DNA from: Callorhinchus milii
Lineage: Eukaryota
Length of the DNA stretch: 64,000 bases
Assembly: GCF_018977255.1 (NCBI RefSeq)
Contig: NW_024704742.1
Coordinates: 104,100,001 to 104,164,000 of the forward strand
Direction: 5' to 3'
Shown here piece by piece: positions 26,708 through 38,280 of this stretch. Each line of letters opens with the position of its first letter. Positions within the stretch are counted from its first letter, which is position 1. A program made the position numbers and the translations under genes. The notes beneath the pieces are model-generated. The model searched no databases. It saw only the letters and a list, made by a program, of their open reading frames with translations, and had not been told where the DNA came from.

Positions 26708-27335
26708 ATCTTGATTTCAAGATCCTCATCCTCACCTACAAGGCCATTCACGGCCTTGCTCCCTCCTACCTCTCCAACCTACTATCCCCCTACCTACCTG
26801 CCCGTACCCTCCGTTCCTCCGGCTCTGGTCTGCTCCACATCCCCCGCCCCAACCGCCCTACCATCGGTGGCCGGGCCTTCAGCCTCTCAGCCCCCAGGCT
26901 CTGGAACTCTATCCCCCAGTGCCTTCGCCGCTTCCTCCCTTTCCTCCTTCAAGGCCGGTCTCAAAACCTTTCTCTTTGACCGAGCCTTCAGCTCCCCTCT
27001 CGACTCTCTTCCCCCTCCTCGCTCCCTCCCTTCCCTCCCCTCACCCTGACCATTTCCCCCCTCCTCGCTCCCTCCCTTCCCTCCCCTCACCCAGACCATT
27101 TCCCCCCTCCTCGCTCCCTCCCTTCCCTCCCCTCACCCTGACCATTTCCCCACCTCCTCGCTCCCTCCCTTCCCTCCCTCACCCTGACCATTTCCCCCCT
27201 CCTCGCTCCCTCCCTTCCCTTCCCTCACCCTGACCATTTCCCCTCTGCTCGGGTCATGACCCAACTGTGCAGCGCCTTGGGACGTCCTCCTGACGTGAAA
27301 GGCGCTTTATAAATGGAATCTTGTTGTTGTTGTTA
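26708..27335 (+). mobile_element. L2 LINE 3' end (young-looking) containing a tandem repeat
   Basis: DFKILILTYKAIHGLAPSYLS...GGRAFS...APRLWNS. Tail GCGCCTTGGGACGTCCTCCTGACGTGAAAGGCGC...(TTG)n. Confidence 0.95.
27011..27244. repeat. About 46-bp pyrimidine-rich tandem repeat, 5 copies, inside the L2 3' UTR
   Basis: Unit CCCCCTCCTCGCTCCCTCCCTTCCCTCCCCTCACCCTGACCATTTC is directly visible. Confidence 0.95.
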
Positions 27336-27339
27336 TTAA

Positions 27340-28250
27340 TTCACGGTTGACACTAAACTAGGAGGGAGAGTAAACACCGATAGTGACATGAAAAAAAATG
27401 CAACGAGATATAGATAGGCGAGGTGAGTGGGCAAATAGGTGGCAGATGAAGTATAATATAGGGAAGTGTGAAGTCATCCACCTGCACCACAGTAGGGCAG
27501 ATTATTTTTTAGAAGGGGAGAGACTAGATAGTGTTAGCGTTCATAGGGACTTGGGTGTCCTTGTACACCAGTCACAAAAAGTTAGTTTGCAGGTACAGCA
27601 AGCAATTAGGAAGGCTAACGGTATATTGGCATTTGTTACAAAAGGATTAGAATATAAGAGTAGGGAAGTCTTGCTGCAACTGTATAGGGCCCTGGTGAGA
27701 CCACACCTAGAGTACTGTGTGCAGTTTTGGTCACCTTATTTAAGAAAGGATGTACTCGCCTTGGAGGGGGTACAACGTAGGTTCACTAGGTTGGTACCAG
27801 GAATGAGGGGGATGAGTTATGAGGATAGGTTGAGCAATTTAGGTATATATTCTCCAGAATATAGAAAAATGAGAGGTGATCTTATAGAAACCTACAAGAT
27901 TATTAAGGGGCACGACAGAATAGATAGTGGGAGACTTTTTCTCCTGGTTGGAGAAACTATAACCAGGGGTCACAGTCTTAAAATTAGGGGTAAGCCCTTT
28001 TGCATTGAGTTGAGGAAAAACTTCTTCACTCAGAGGGTAGCGAATTTATCGAATTCTCTACATGAAAGGGCTGTAGATGCTCAGTCCTTGAACATATTCA
28101 AGACTGAGATTGATAGATTTCTTGTGGATAAACGGATATGGGGATAAGGTGGGTACGTGGAGTTAGAATAGATCAGCCATGATCTTATTGAATGGCGGGG
28201 CAGACTCGAGGGGCCGAATGGCCTACTCCAGCTCCTAATTCTTATGTTCT
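27340..28250 (+). mobile_element. CR1-clade LINE 3' end with uninterrupted RT C-terminal ORF (27398-28147)
   Basis: DTKLGG, WANRWQMKYNIGKC, RDLGV, LYRALVRPHLEYCVQFWSP, LEGVQRRFTR, RGDLIETYKI and TRGHSLK motifs. CR1-type 3' UTR ...GGCCGAATGGCCTACTCC...TTCTTATGTTCT. Confidence 0.97.
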
Positions 28251-30390
28251 GAAACAGTCAAAAATGATGGAATTTAAAGTGTAAATCAACAGTGCTCTGA
28301 ACCTCAACCATAGGAGCCTATTAGTGTTTTTAACAATCATAACATGGATATTTTCACACCAGAAAGAAACGCTTGGAGAATTCTGCTAAGATTTAAAATA
28401 GGCTGCACTATTTTACTCCAAATTCCTTCATTAGCTATACAAATGTAAAAAAAAATTGGGCCTGTAACATCTGTGCTTATGCATCGATGTTGAGAATAGT
28501 GGCAAGTAAAGCAAAGTACAAGAAGATTGTCACTGCTGACCATGGAACCACAACTTTCAACGTGAGTCATTGCTACCAGAAGAGGGGGAATAAAGATTGG
28601 GGGGAAAAGCAAACATTTACAGTTCAACGAAAATGATTGAAAGCTCACCAGAGCATGTTTCTACAACGTTTACACTATGGCAAAATCAGCCATTTCTGGT
28701 TAACAAATTCCAAGATATAGCTTTATATGCTGTCCTACCCTCTACTTTGGAATACTGTACTTATTTTCAAAAGCGAATGATATGCAGCACAACTCTATTT
28801 CAAAATCTATGGTCTGGGAAGGGGGAGAGAACTTTCTTTTAAATATCTAAAGGTACTTGCTATACAGAATAGTAATTACTTAAATATCTTAGTTAAATTG
28901 CAATTTAAAGTGGGATACCTCCAAATAATTTCCCTAATGTGCAACGTAGCCAAAGTTTTATCATAAGCTGGGCAAGAACAGAAAAAGGAAATCAGCACAA
29001 CATGCTGACTTCCATCCAGATGCCAAGCATACAGTACAGCAAGACCATTTGGACGCATCATTCAAAAATACCATTATATCACGGGACATAGTTCAATGAA
29101 TTTCAATGATCCATGTCTGAATTTTAGTATCTTGTAAACTTGACTAACATGTGCTACAAACTCACCCAGGATTTTAACATCAAAAAGCCAATATATGCAG
29201 ATATATTGGTGGGATGGCACATTGAGGAGGCAAATTAATACTCATTGATAGACAATATTAAATCAGACTTCTCTTCCCTCCCCCACCCCACCAGCAGTCA
29301 AGTGACAATCCTTAAAACAAACAAATGACAACACCCATCTAGGATAGAATGATTGATACTCATCTAATGCATAATCTAACATGATTAATATACATTTAAA
29401 AAACTACCCTGGGTGCTATACGTTACTCAGAAACAGTAGGTTTTTCATCTTTAGTATTTATTTTCCAAGGCCAGGGAGCTGCTGCCTTTGCCATGGAATC
29501 TTTAAACCTTTTGATGAACAGTAAGAGAGAGTTGCTTGCAGATTAAAAAATGAACTGCTTCACAGAAAATGCCTGTGGGGCACCAGCTACATGGAAATTC
29601 ACAAACAAAACACACTTCAAAAGAAAATACATCTCATCACAGAAAATTAATTCTCATTATCAGCTTATTTTATCTTCCCTCCCAACATTTGTTGAAGATT
29701 AATATACCCTAAGGTTTCAATATTTCTCTTGCAATACATAAAATTAAGAGTTTGTATTGTATTTACAGTGCATTATGATTAAATATATGTTCCGAGTGTT
29801 TAAAATGTTTTCTCTGAAGTAAAAATCTTATTCTAAGTGCTATATCTCACTGTGCTCAGTTGACATATTTCTTTACATCTTAAGAACCCAACTATCCCTT
29901 TCTCATGGTGTGTACATAGAAGTTCAATCAACTGCCTGGTCAGAAGATCGACTATTTGAAGTTGGTACTGTACTGCATTATTTCAGCTTTCAGATTCCAT
30001 CTTTTCAGTACAAGTTTTAGATATCTAGGGAAGCAGATTATGTCAAATTTTCTATCAGTTGTAGTGAAAATCTCAATAAACAATTCATCATTTTTCTTTA
30101 AAAAACATCCATTATGACAAGAAGAGCCAAGTGAACCAATGGTTTGCCCCAACCGTCTTCACTTCTATGGGCTTCTTAATTCTGAAACAGTGTTACCCCT
30201 AGTCTTGTTTGATCGTTTCAAATTCTCCAGGTCTATATCTTGCTCCAGCTTTCTGGATATCTTCTTTTTTTAAAATTAAGATGAAACAGCAAGGCTTCCG
30301 TTCATTAAAATTGACGCTTTTGTAGCAGTGGGTAGAAAAGGAAGCCAACTTAATTTTAGTTATTGGACCTCATTTCGTTACTGTAGGATT

Positions 30391-30866
30391 TCAAATAACT
30401 AACTAACGACTATCTTCCGGAGGGGTGGGTGGGGCTGACTCCATGCTTAGCAAACAGAATTTCAGATTCGAGCCAAACCTCTGTGGCGGTCCCGGTAGTC
30501 CAGTTCGCAAGCCAGGCGAGTCGCTATACTCCACGGCACAGCTGATGACAGCCCAGCCAGGCGAGTCTTCAAAGGGACAGACCAGTCACTGAACAAGCAG
30601 CAGGCAAGCTTTCCAAAATGCTTTCAGTGACAAGCTATGTGATTTTAGCTGGTTAGACTTCAGCAAAACCCCCCACAGTCTGGCTCTTGCCAGCTTGCGT
30701 CTAATTCTCTCCGGAATTAAGCAAGCGGGAAGAATCTCTCAGGGAGATTGCGCATTTGTTCCAATACATAGGAATTTCCATGTGTAGGTTGGTGGGATTG
30801 ATGGAACTGTTTGGTTTGGTAAGCATGGGTTTCAGTATGTGTCAACACCTGGCCGACTCAAAAAAA
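30391..30866 (+). mobile_element. 3' UTR of the same RTE-X-like LINE, with poly(A)
   Basis: Shares TTCAGTGACAAGCTAT and TTTTAGCTG..GACT.CAGCA with the 8239 copy and CTGATGACAGC with the 62 kb copy; ends GGCCGACTC(A)7. Confidence 0.72.
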
Positions 30867-31216
30867 TTATTGGGCCACTCAGTGTTGGTCTTTTCTGGAC
30901 GGAATTTGCTTCACATTTACATTCAATGATGAGAACAGAGAAAGGGAGCAGACTTTTCTTTATCTATTCCAATTTCTGTCAGTTTTTATTCACCTATAAA
31001 ATATATAATCTCTACAGTTTACAGTAAAATCCTGTGTAGCACTTTGAGGCATCCTTCCGACGTGAAAGGCATTACATCAAATGCAAAGATCCATTGTGTT
31101 GTGTAATAATAATAATAATAATAATCCTTGCATTTGATATAGCGCTTTTCACGTCGGGAGGACGTCCCAAAGCGCTTCACAGAACACACTGTAAAGTGAA
31201 TTGACTGTATATTTGT

Positions 31217-31570
31217 GTAGCATATTGGTTAGAGCACTCGCTTCGCAAGAGAGGGGTTCGATTCCCAGGTGAGGCGAAACCGTAGACAAGTTTGCTTACT
31301 CCACATACCTTTGTTTTACTAGCAATAAGTAAGAACCTGGTTGTTAGTTAATTGGTTGATCACTTTTCCAGGGGTAACAATCCCTTCAAACTAACAAAAT
31401 AATAATAATTGTCACTCAAACCACAACGGTTTGTGGGATATTGCTGTGCGCAATTGGTTCACACATTTCACCCACAAAGTATACAATATACACTCTATGG
31501 TATATTCTGTGAAGCAATTTGAGACATCGCAATGACATGATAAGGCGCTATATCAAATGCAAGGATTAGT
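31217..31570 (+). mobile_element. tRNA-derived SINE, long subfamily, fused to an inverted SINE tail (31104-31217)
   Basis: Head starts GTAGC..TGGTTAGAGCACTCGC; the extra segment is present. Confidence 0.88.
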
Positions 31571-31739
31571 ATGTATGTGGTTATTTATTTGTCCCTGCCA
31601 GGGCACATCATTGCAGCATCTGGGTAAGTAGATATACTGTAAATCAGTCGCTACTTGCATATTTTCTTAAGATTCTTAAGAGTTTTCACGTCTCTTTCCT
31701 TTGTTTCGTCTTCCCCCTTCTTACAATTCAACACCTGCA

Positions 31740-32310
31740 GGTCAACTATTCCAATGCCCTTCTCATAGAATTCGCTAGGCCTTCCCTACACAAGCTGCAG
31801 ACCATCCAGAACTTTGCAGTCAGTGTACTCTCCTGCACAACGGTCCACAAGCTCTTCACCACCATCCTCTCTCGGCTCCGCTGATCCTCCAGGAGATCAA
31901 ATTCAGAATTCTCGGCCTCACTTACAAATGGCTGCATTGCTTCACTCCACCCTTTAAAAAATACCAGAAACGAAAGGCGGTGGATACTGAATCCATACTG
32001 AAGTGGATAGATATTTGTTAGGTGAGGATATGAAGGGATATGGGGCAAGAGCGGGTAATTGGAGTTGAGGTACAGATCAGCCATGGCAGAACAGGCTCAA
32101 GGAGCTGAATGGCCTACTCCTGTGACTACTTCTGCAATCTCTTGCAACCCTGCCCATTCCTCCATTCAGCTTACTTCACATTCTCAGGTCACTTTGCCCC
32201 ACCATCTATGGACCACTCTCTTGAACTCCATCCTAGAGACCCAAGAGTCTGAAGCACTTTGAGATGTTCTACCAACTTGAAAGACCCTATATAAATGTGA
32301 ATTGCTGTTC
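31740..32310 (+). mobile_element. Decayed L2 3' fragment with a CR1 3' end (about 31960-32125) nested in it
   Basis: L2-like 'LQTIQNFA' region and tail flank the CR1 3' UTR (GATCAGCCATGG...GCTGAATGGCCTACTCCTG). Confidence 0.7.
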
Positions 32311-34107
32311 CATCTAGGATGGATAAGAGGGGTGCACAAAAGGAAAGAGATAGGTCTTGCACATCTCTAACTTTTTGAAATTTGTTTATTTTTTTGCTTA
32401 GCTCGATCAGAAATCTGTAACATTTTTGCTAGAATCTATCTCCAATGCAGTCATTTTTCACCCATTGCTGAAAGCCATGGAACAAGTTCTTCAATTAGTA
32501 TCCTTCGTCTTTTTGACTAGTTTGCAAGGTTAAACTAAATATGCAGTTGAATACTCTACTGATCTTATTGTACCAGGCGAGTTCAACTTGTCTTTGTGAG
32601 ATTAATTTTTCATACAGAGCTTTCAGATTAAGCTTTTTCTCACAAGCAGTTCATAAACTGTGCAGCAGTCTCCATTAGTTAAAAAAATCTACAGTAACTT
32701 AATTATTAATTGGCAACTTAAAAGTATGGGAAGTGCCTCAACTACAGGAGAAATCAAATCATATCAAAGCAGCTCGGGCACCCAGAACAGAAAATGGTTA
32801 AACAATGTCACATCATGCTGACCACCAGCAGATGAACAAAGAACAAACCTGAACTTCAATAACACTCCATGGGAAGCCCACATAAAAGATCTTATGGATC
32901 AGTTACATACACCATAGAACAGAATCATTCCAAATTTGGGTACTGTTTGGGCATAATGTACAGTATAATAATTCTAAAACATTTGTATACAGTAGTAAAC
33001 CAGAACCAACATGCCTTGTTAATTTTCCTTATAACTACAAATGTTTAGATTCCAGATTGTTCCCTTAATGTAATGATGCGCATAATAGAACTGTACAATG
33101 CATTACAGAATAATCCATCTACATGTCAAAAAACATTTGAAGCTGAAGAAAAACAATGCAAGTCTTACAGTCAACCAAAGCACCAGTCTAATACACACTA
33201 CACTTCTGCTGCAATCAGGACTCCCTCCAAAAACAGAAATAAAAATCAACACAATGAAAAGACAAGGGCCTTCTCTCAGAAGAAAGAAGTCACTCCAACA
33301 AACAGCCTCAAAACAACGATCAGTTCCCAAGATACAACAAGTGGTCTTAAATAGGGAGAGAAAGGTAGGAAAGAGAGAAGTATGAAGCACTGGATTTGGG
33401 CATTCTGTGCTCCCTTTTTGGGGGGTTGTGAAAACAGTGAGGAAGGAGCAAAGAGGTTGATTGGGGGGAAACATACAGGGGTGGGGGGAACAGGTGGTGG
33501 AAGAGAATTGAGAAAACAAATGGAGTGCTCCTGCAGAAAGAGTCACAGACTTCCCAATACTTGGCGAACTCTAAGCACAGCTTCTGCATCACACTTTCTG
33601 ACTGGCAGATGTTCCATGTGTTTGTGAAACGAGGTCTTGGATTCAGCTCCGATTTATAGCACGATGCCACAAAACACCCATTATGAAATTGGATTTGGAG
33701 GTTGCTCATCAGACATGCACCCTTCACCACATAGGAATGCTAATATTGAGAGACTCATGAATAAAACAGAATGATTAAAACCCAAACAGACATCCTGTGT
33801 TCAACGCATTGAACAAAAGCTAAAGAAAACTCAAGCCAATGAGTTTCAATCGGGTGGAAGAATGTCTACATAGAGCACAAAATAGCACAACAAGGCCAAT
33901 TTATTATGTCCCTTGAAGCACCAACACCTTACACAAAGATCTTTGCAACGTAATCAAATGTAATAAAATTTTATTCTGAACGAGCCACACTTCATAGATG
34001 GGTGTGGCATTTAAGTACAATGCCTATACTTAAAATTAATGTGAAAGAAATGAGATGAAATCAATGTCAAACAAAATCTAAACCTCATTTAATCCATAAA
34101 TATGTCC

Positions 34108-34366
34108 ATAATAATAATAATCCTTGCATTGGATATAGCGCTTTCCACATCTTCTACATGTCTTAAAGCGCTTCACAGAATAGAAGTGGGTGAAATGCAG
34201 CAGCCAATTGCGCACAGCAATGTCCCACAAACCATTGCGGATTGAACTGACCAATTTATTATTTTTTTTTGAGGGATTATTGCCCAAGGTTTCACCCTGC
34301 CAGGAATTGAACCCAGGTTTCTCACTTGCAAAGTGAGTGCTCTAACCACTGAGCTACAGGACTCCA
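34108..34366 (-). mobile_element. tRNA-derived SINE with additional internal deletions
   Basis: Head and tail intact; CCTTGGGCAA joined directly to TAATCCCTC. Confidence 0.92.
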
Positions 34367-34751
34367 TACGTGGTATGGAGGGGGAAAGAGTATCACACAA
34401 TGAGTTCAAAGGAAATCACATACTAGAAACCTTGTTTCAATGACTATGTTCCAATTGCCTCAGATAGTTTTTTTCCCTCCCAAAAAAGGTTCAGAGTGCA
34501 CAAATTGTAAATTAATATGTAATATAGCCATTAGTACTAGGTACTGTAAAATGAATGCCATTAAGAATTTTTCAGTGATTAAAATGTACAATCCAAATGT
34601 TATTACAATACAGCAAATCTCAAAATAAAAATGTGTCCTTAGCACTCTAATGAAAGCATTGCAAGTTTCGCTGCTAGATCAATTGGCTTATATTGCGGTT
34701 AAAATACGTACATCAGCACATTAGCTACTAGATAAATATTTATGCATTCAC

Positions 34752-35830
34752 ACTCATAGTATCATAGAATGTTACAATACGTCTGTTTTTTTTCTCTACA
34801 GAAGCCACCAAATGTAATCCCACTGTCCTGCTCGCTCCCCACATCCTAATATTCTTGTTTTCCAAATATCCAATTCTGTTTTAAAACAAGTTAACGGTTT
34901 TGGTTCACCATAGTTTGTGCTAGAGAGTTACACATTCCAAATACCCTCTCTTTAAAAAATTATTTTCTAGGTTCCAATTTAATTTTTCTGTGATCATCTT
35001 AAATGTGTGTTCTCTCATAACTAGCTCATTGACCAGCAGAAATGATTTATAAGTATGTATCCTATCATAGCATCCACCCTTCATAGCTTTAGATAATAAT
35101 ATTCCTTGCATTTGATATAGATGCCTCCATTGGTTACTCCCTTAATTTTCTTAGCCCTAGTGAAAAAAATCTCTTCTCAAGTCTCTCTTCGTATCTGAAA
35201 CCTCTCATTCCTGCTAACAACCTAGTAAATCTACACTGGAGTCCTGTAGCTCAGTGGTTAGAGCACTCGCTTTGCAAGTGAGAGACCCGAGTTCAATTAC
35301 AGGCAGAGGGCGAAACCTTGGGCAAGTTTCCTTACTCCATACAGAGCCTAATAATAATCTCCCGGAGAAAAACAATAATAAATTGGTCATTTTCAATCCA
35401 TGACTGTTGTGGGACATTGCTGTGCGCAATTGGCTGCCGCGTTCACCCACAAATAAACAGTCAATTCACTTTACAGTATATTCTGTGAAGCACTTTGGGA
35501 CGTCCTTCCGACGTGAAAAGCGCTATATCAAATGCAAGGATTATTATTATATTATTACATCCTTTCATTGTTTTTTATACCTTTCCTATAATGGGGTGCC
35601 AAAAACGTATACAATAATCCAACTGTGGACTAACCAAAGTCTTGATACAAGCTCAAGATTATCTTCTTGCTTTTCTATCCAATGCTGCTACATAAAAAAC
35701 AGGATTTGTTTTAGCATTTTATGTCCAAACCTACTTGGACATTTACCGTCAATGATTTGCGCATCTGTAAACCAATGTCCTGTGCTCTGCTACTCCCTTT
35801 AAAATGTTGTGATCCAGGTGTAATTTCTAA
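34752..35830 (-). mobile_element. Old CR1 3' region interrupted by a SINE (35237-35557)
   Basis: CATAGAAT-type tail at about 34755-34770, an REHTFK (TRGH-like) remnant and a reverse-complement VQxW motif. Confidence 0.55.
35237..35557 (+). mobile_element. tRNA-derived SINE, full length, short subfamily
   Basis: GGAGTCCTGTAGCTCAGTGGTTAGAGC (A box), GAGTTCAATT (B box), L2-like tail and (ATT)n. Confidence 0.95.
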
Positions 35831-36078
35831 TATTGAACAAAAGTCAGCATCTATATTTAGTCTGAATAAATAGGTTTAAATTTACATAGGTTTCAACATT
35901 TTTCATCCTTATCACTCCTATAAAAATAAAACCATGACACATATCACTTCAATCAGCTTTTGCAAAATACTAAGTCTGAGGTTGGTTCATAACACTGCCT
36001 ACCACCAATCCTGCCAACATAGTCTTCAGTTTCACGAAGTTGTGACCAAGAACCACTTATATAAAGCCATTTAAAAGG

Positions 36079-36288
36079 AATAATAATAATCCTTGCATTT
36101 GATATAGCACCTTATCAAGTCTCAAAGCGCTTCACGGAATATACTGTAAAGTGAATTGACGATATATTTTATGGGTGAAATGCAGCAGCTAATTGCACAC
36201 AGCAGTTTTCCACAAACCGTTGTGGATTGAGAGACCAAATTATTTTTTTTAAGGGATTATTACCCCCAAAAAGCAATCTGCCAATCGA
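36079..36288 (-). mobile_element. 5'-truncated long-subfamily SINE
   Basis: Tail and 3' body match the other copies. Confidence 0.88.
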
Positions 36289-36580
36289 CCCCAGAGTGTG
36301 CTGGAGTCTACCCAGCTAAAACCATTGACAGCACTGACTTTCAAGCTTTCCTGTTGCTTGTCCAATAACAGGCTTTTTTAACAGGAGCTGAGTGGAGGAT
36401 TCCCTGCCCCCCAGAGACCGGTCTGCCCTTCCAAGTGCTCCCGATGAGCCAAGGTGGCTGTGCTGTCATCAGTAGAGCCCTGGAGTACAGCAGAACTGTC
36501 TGGCTCAGGAACCGGACCACCAAGACAGGAAGGCAAGGTGTAGATTGAAAGTTCAGTTTCCAGAGTGAAGATTTTGTGGA
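36286..36580 (-). mobile_element. Internal piece of the same LINE 3' UTR
   Basis: Reverse complement contains GTTCCTGAGCCAG, CTGATGACAGCACAGC, GGAAGGGCA, GGGGCAGGGA, CCACTCAGCTCC and GGTTTTAGCTG. Confidence 0.75.
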
Positions 36581-36611
36581 GTAGAAAAGGTGGCAGGAGA
36601 GTAGTGTTGGT

Positions 36612-36971
36612 GATGATAATATCTTGCATTTGATAAGGCACCTTATCGTGTCTTTGAGACGTCTCAAAGCACTTCACAGAATATACTGTAAAGTGAATTG
36701 ACTGTATATTTTGTGGGCAGAACACAGCAGCCAATTTCCCACAAACAGTTGTGGATTGAGTGACCAATTTTTTAAAAAAAAATTACAAAAGAAATTATTA
36801 CCCCCAGAAAAGTGATCCACCAATCGACTAACAACCGTTGTTCCTACTTACTGCTAGGTAAACAGAGGCGTGGGGAGTAAGGAAACTTGCCAAATGTTTT
36901 GCCCTGCCGGGAATCAAACCCAGGTCTCTCACCTGCGAGGCAAGTGCTCCAACCACTAAAATACAGGACTC
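36612..36971 (-). mobile_element. tRNA-derived SINE, long subfamily
   Basis: Full head, extra central segment and tail. Confidence 0.93.
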
Positions 36972-37289
36972 TATAGATGATCGCAGAGGTAGGGCTAGGC
37001 AAAGCCATGGTGGGATTTGATAATCAAAACAAGGATTTTCAAGTTAATTTGCTGGGGGAAATGGAGCCATTTAACCTGGCAAGGAAGGGTGGTGGGAGAG
37101 GATATAAGCTGCAGAGTTCTGGGTGAAACGGAATTTGCAGAGGTTAAAGCTAGGAAGGGCAGGAAGGAGATCATTTGATTACTCACCAAGTAGCTGTGTA
37201 GCTCAAATGGAAGCCAAGATTGAGCATGTGAACCACTCAATTAATAAGCTGGTTTTGAAAATAGTTAGTTCATTTTCATATATATATAT

Positions 37290-37528
37290 ATGTACTGTAA
37301 AGTAAATTGACTGTATATTTGTAGGCGAACGCGGCAGCCAATTACGCACAGCAGTGTCCCACAAACAGTCGTAGATTGAAAATGACCAATTTATTATTGT
37401 TTTGTTTTGGAGGGATTATTATTAGGCTCTGTGTGGAGTAAGGAAACTTCCCCAAGGTTTCGCCCTCTGCCTGGAATTGAACTCAGGTCTCTCGCTTCCA
37501 AAGCAAGTGCTCTAACCACTGAGCTACA
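37290..37528 (-). mobile_element. tRNA-derived SINE, short subfamily, 3' tail missing
   Basis: Body and head match; it ends at a (TA)n run. Confidence 0.9.
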
Positions 37529-37915
37529 CCATCCTAGCTAATTGGTATTACACATTATTTTAGATCTACAAAGAATACTATATTTGCTATAGAAGACTGA
37601 ATTTAACCAAACAGGTAGCAATTTCGATTATCCAAATACGAGTAACACATTACTTTACTAGAAGAGCTGCAAAAATGAACCACCCGAGCAAGAATCAGAG
37701 AAAACAATAAAACTCACATCAGCCATACAGAGCTAGTATTTATTTATCTAACTACTATTTCACTCAACATCATATGTCCTTGAGTATGGTCTCTGAAACC
37801 AAATAAGCAATTCCTGTTACATGAACATCAACATGCCATGCAAAAAGTTTACACTTATTAGTAACATACCCTTCTCACACAAATTCAATGCCAGAATTTC
37901 TTGTATGCTTTTAAA

Positions 37916-38280
37916 GAACAACAAATTGCATTTATATACATACAGTGCCATTTACGTCGGAAGAACATCTCAAGGTGTTAAACAGTGAAGGGTTTGCACC
38001 CGAGCTGGGGGGTGGACTCAAGAGGGATGGAGGGCAAGCAGAAGTGGAAATATGATCGAGGTACAATCAAAGAGGTAGGCTTAAGATGGGCCGTGAAGGA
38101 GGCAAAGGAGGGGTTAAAGCGGAGCGGCTCCAGGATGGATAGGGGCTCCAGAGGATGGGGGCAGAAAAGCTGAAGGCCTGGCCACTGATCGTGGGACAAG
38201 CGCAGCAGACATGGTGCAGGCCAGTGCCCGCCAAGCAGACAGATTGGTAATGCTTTAATAGGTTGCAGAGGTGGGGAAGG
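37916..38280 (-). mobile_element. L2 LINE 3' fragment
   Basis: AACAACAAATTGCATTTATA tail and similarity to the other L2 3' ends in the window. Confidence 0.75.

Noticed and set aside
27398..28147. 249-aa ORF as a host gene
   Set aside because: It is the C-terminus of CR1 ORF2 in a 5'-truncated copy with a degenerate catalytic motif (FTVDTK).
29952..30265. IDLENLKRSNK resembling the L1 ORF1 'DLENRSRRNN' motif
   Set aside because: A single short motif with no supporting flanks.
30542..30580. CTGATGA in the LINE 3' UTR family as a hammerhead or box C snoRNA motif
   Set aside because: No GAAA after a stem II and no consistent box D; the motif is not intact in the 8239 copy.
33073..33730. Cluster of overlapping 81-147 aa ORFs
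   Set aside because: Compositionally biased, no domain motifs and no supporting splice structure.
35238..35310. tRNA gene
   Set aside because: It is a SINE head: it continues into the SINE body and tail and recurs many times.
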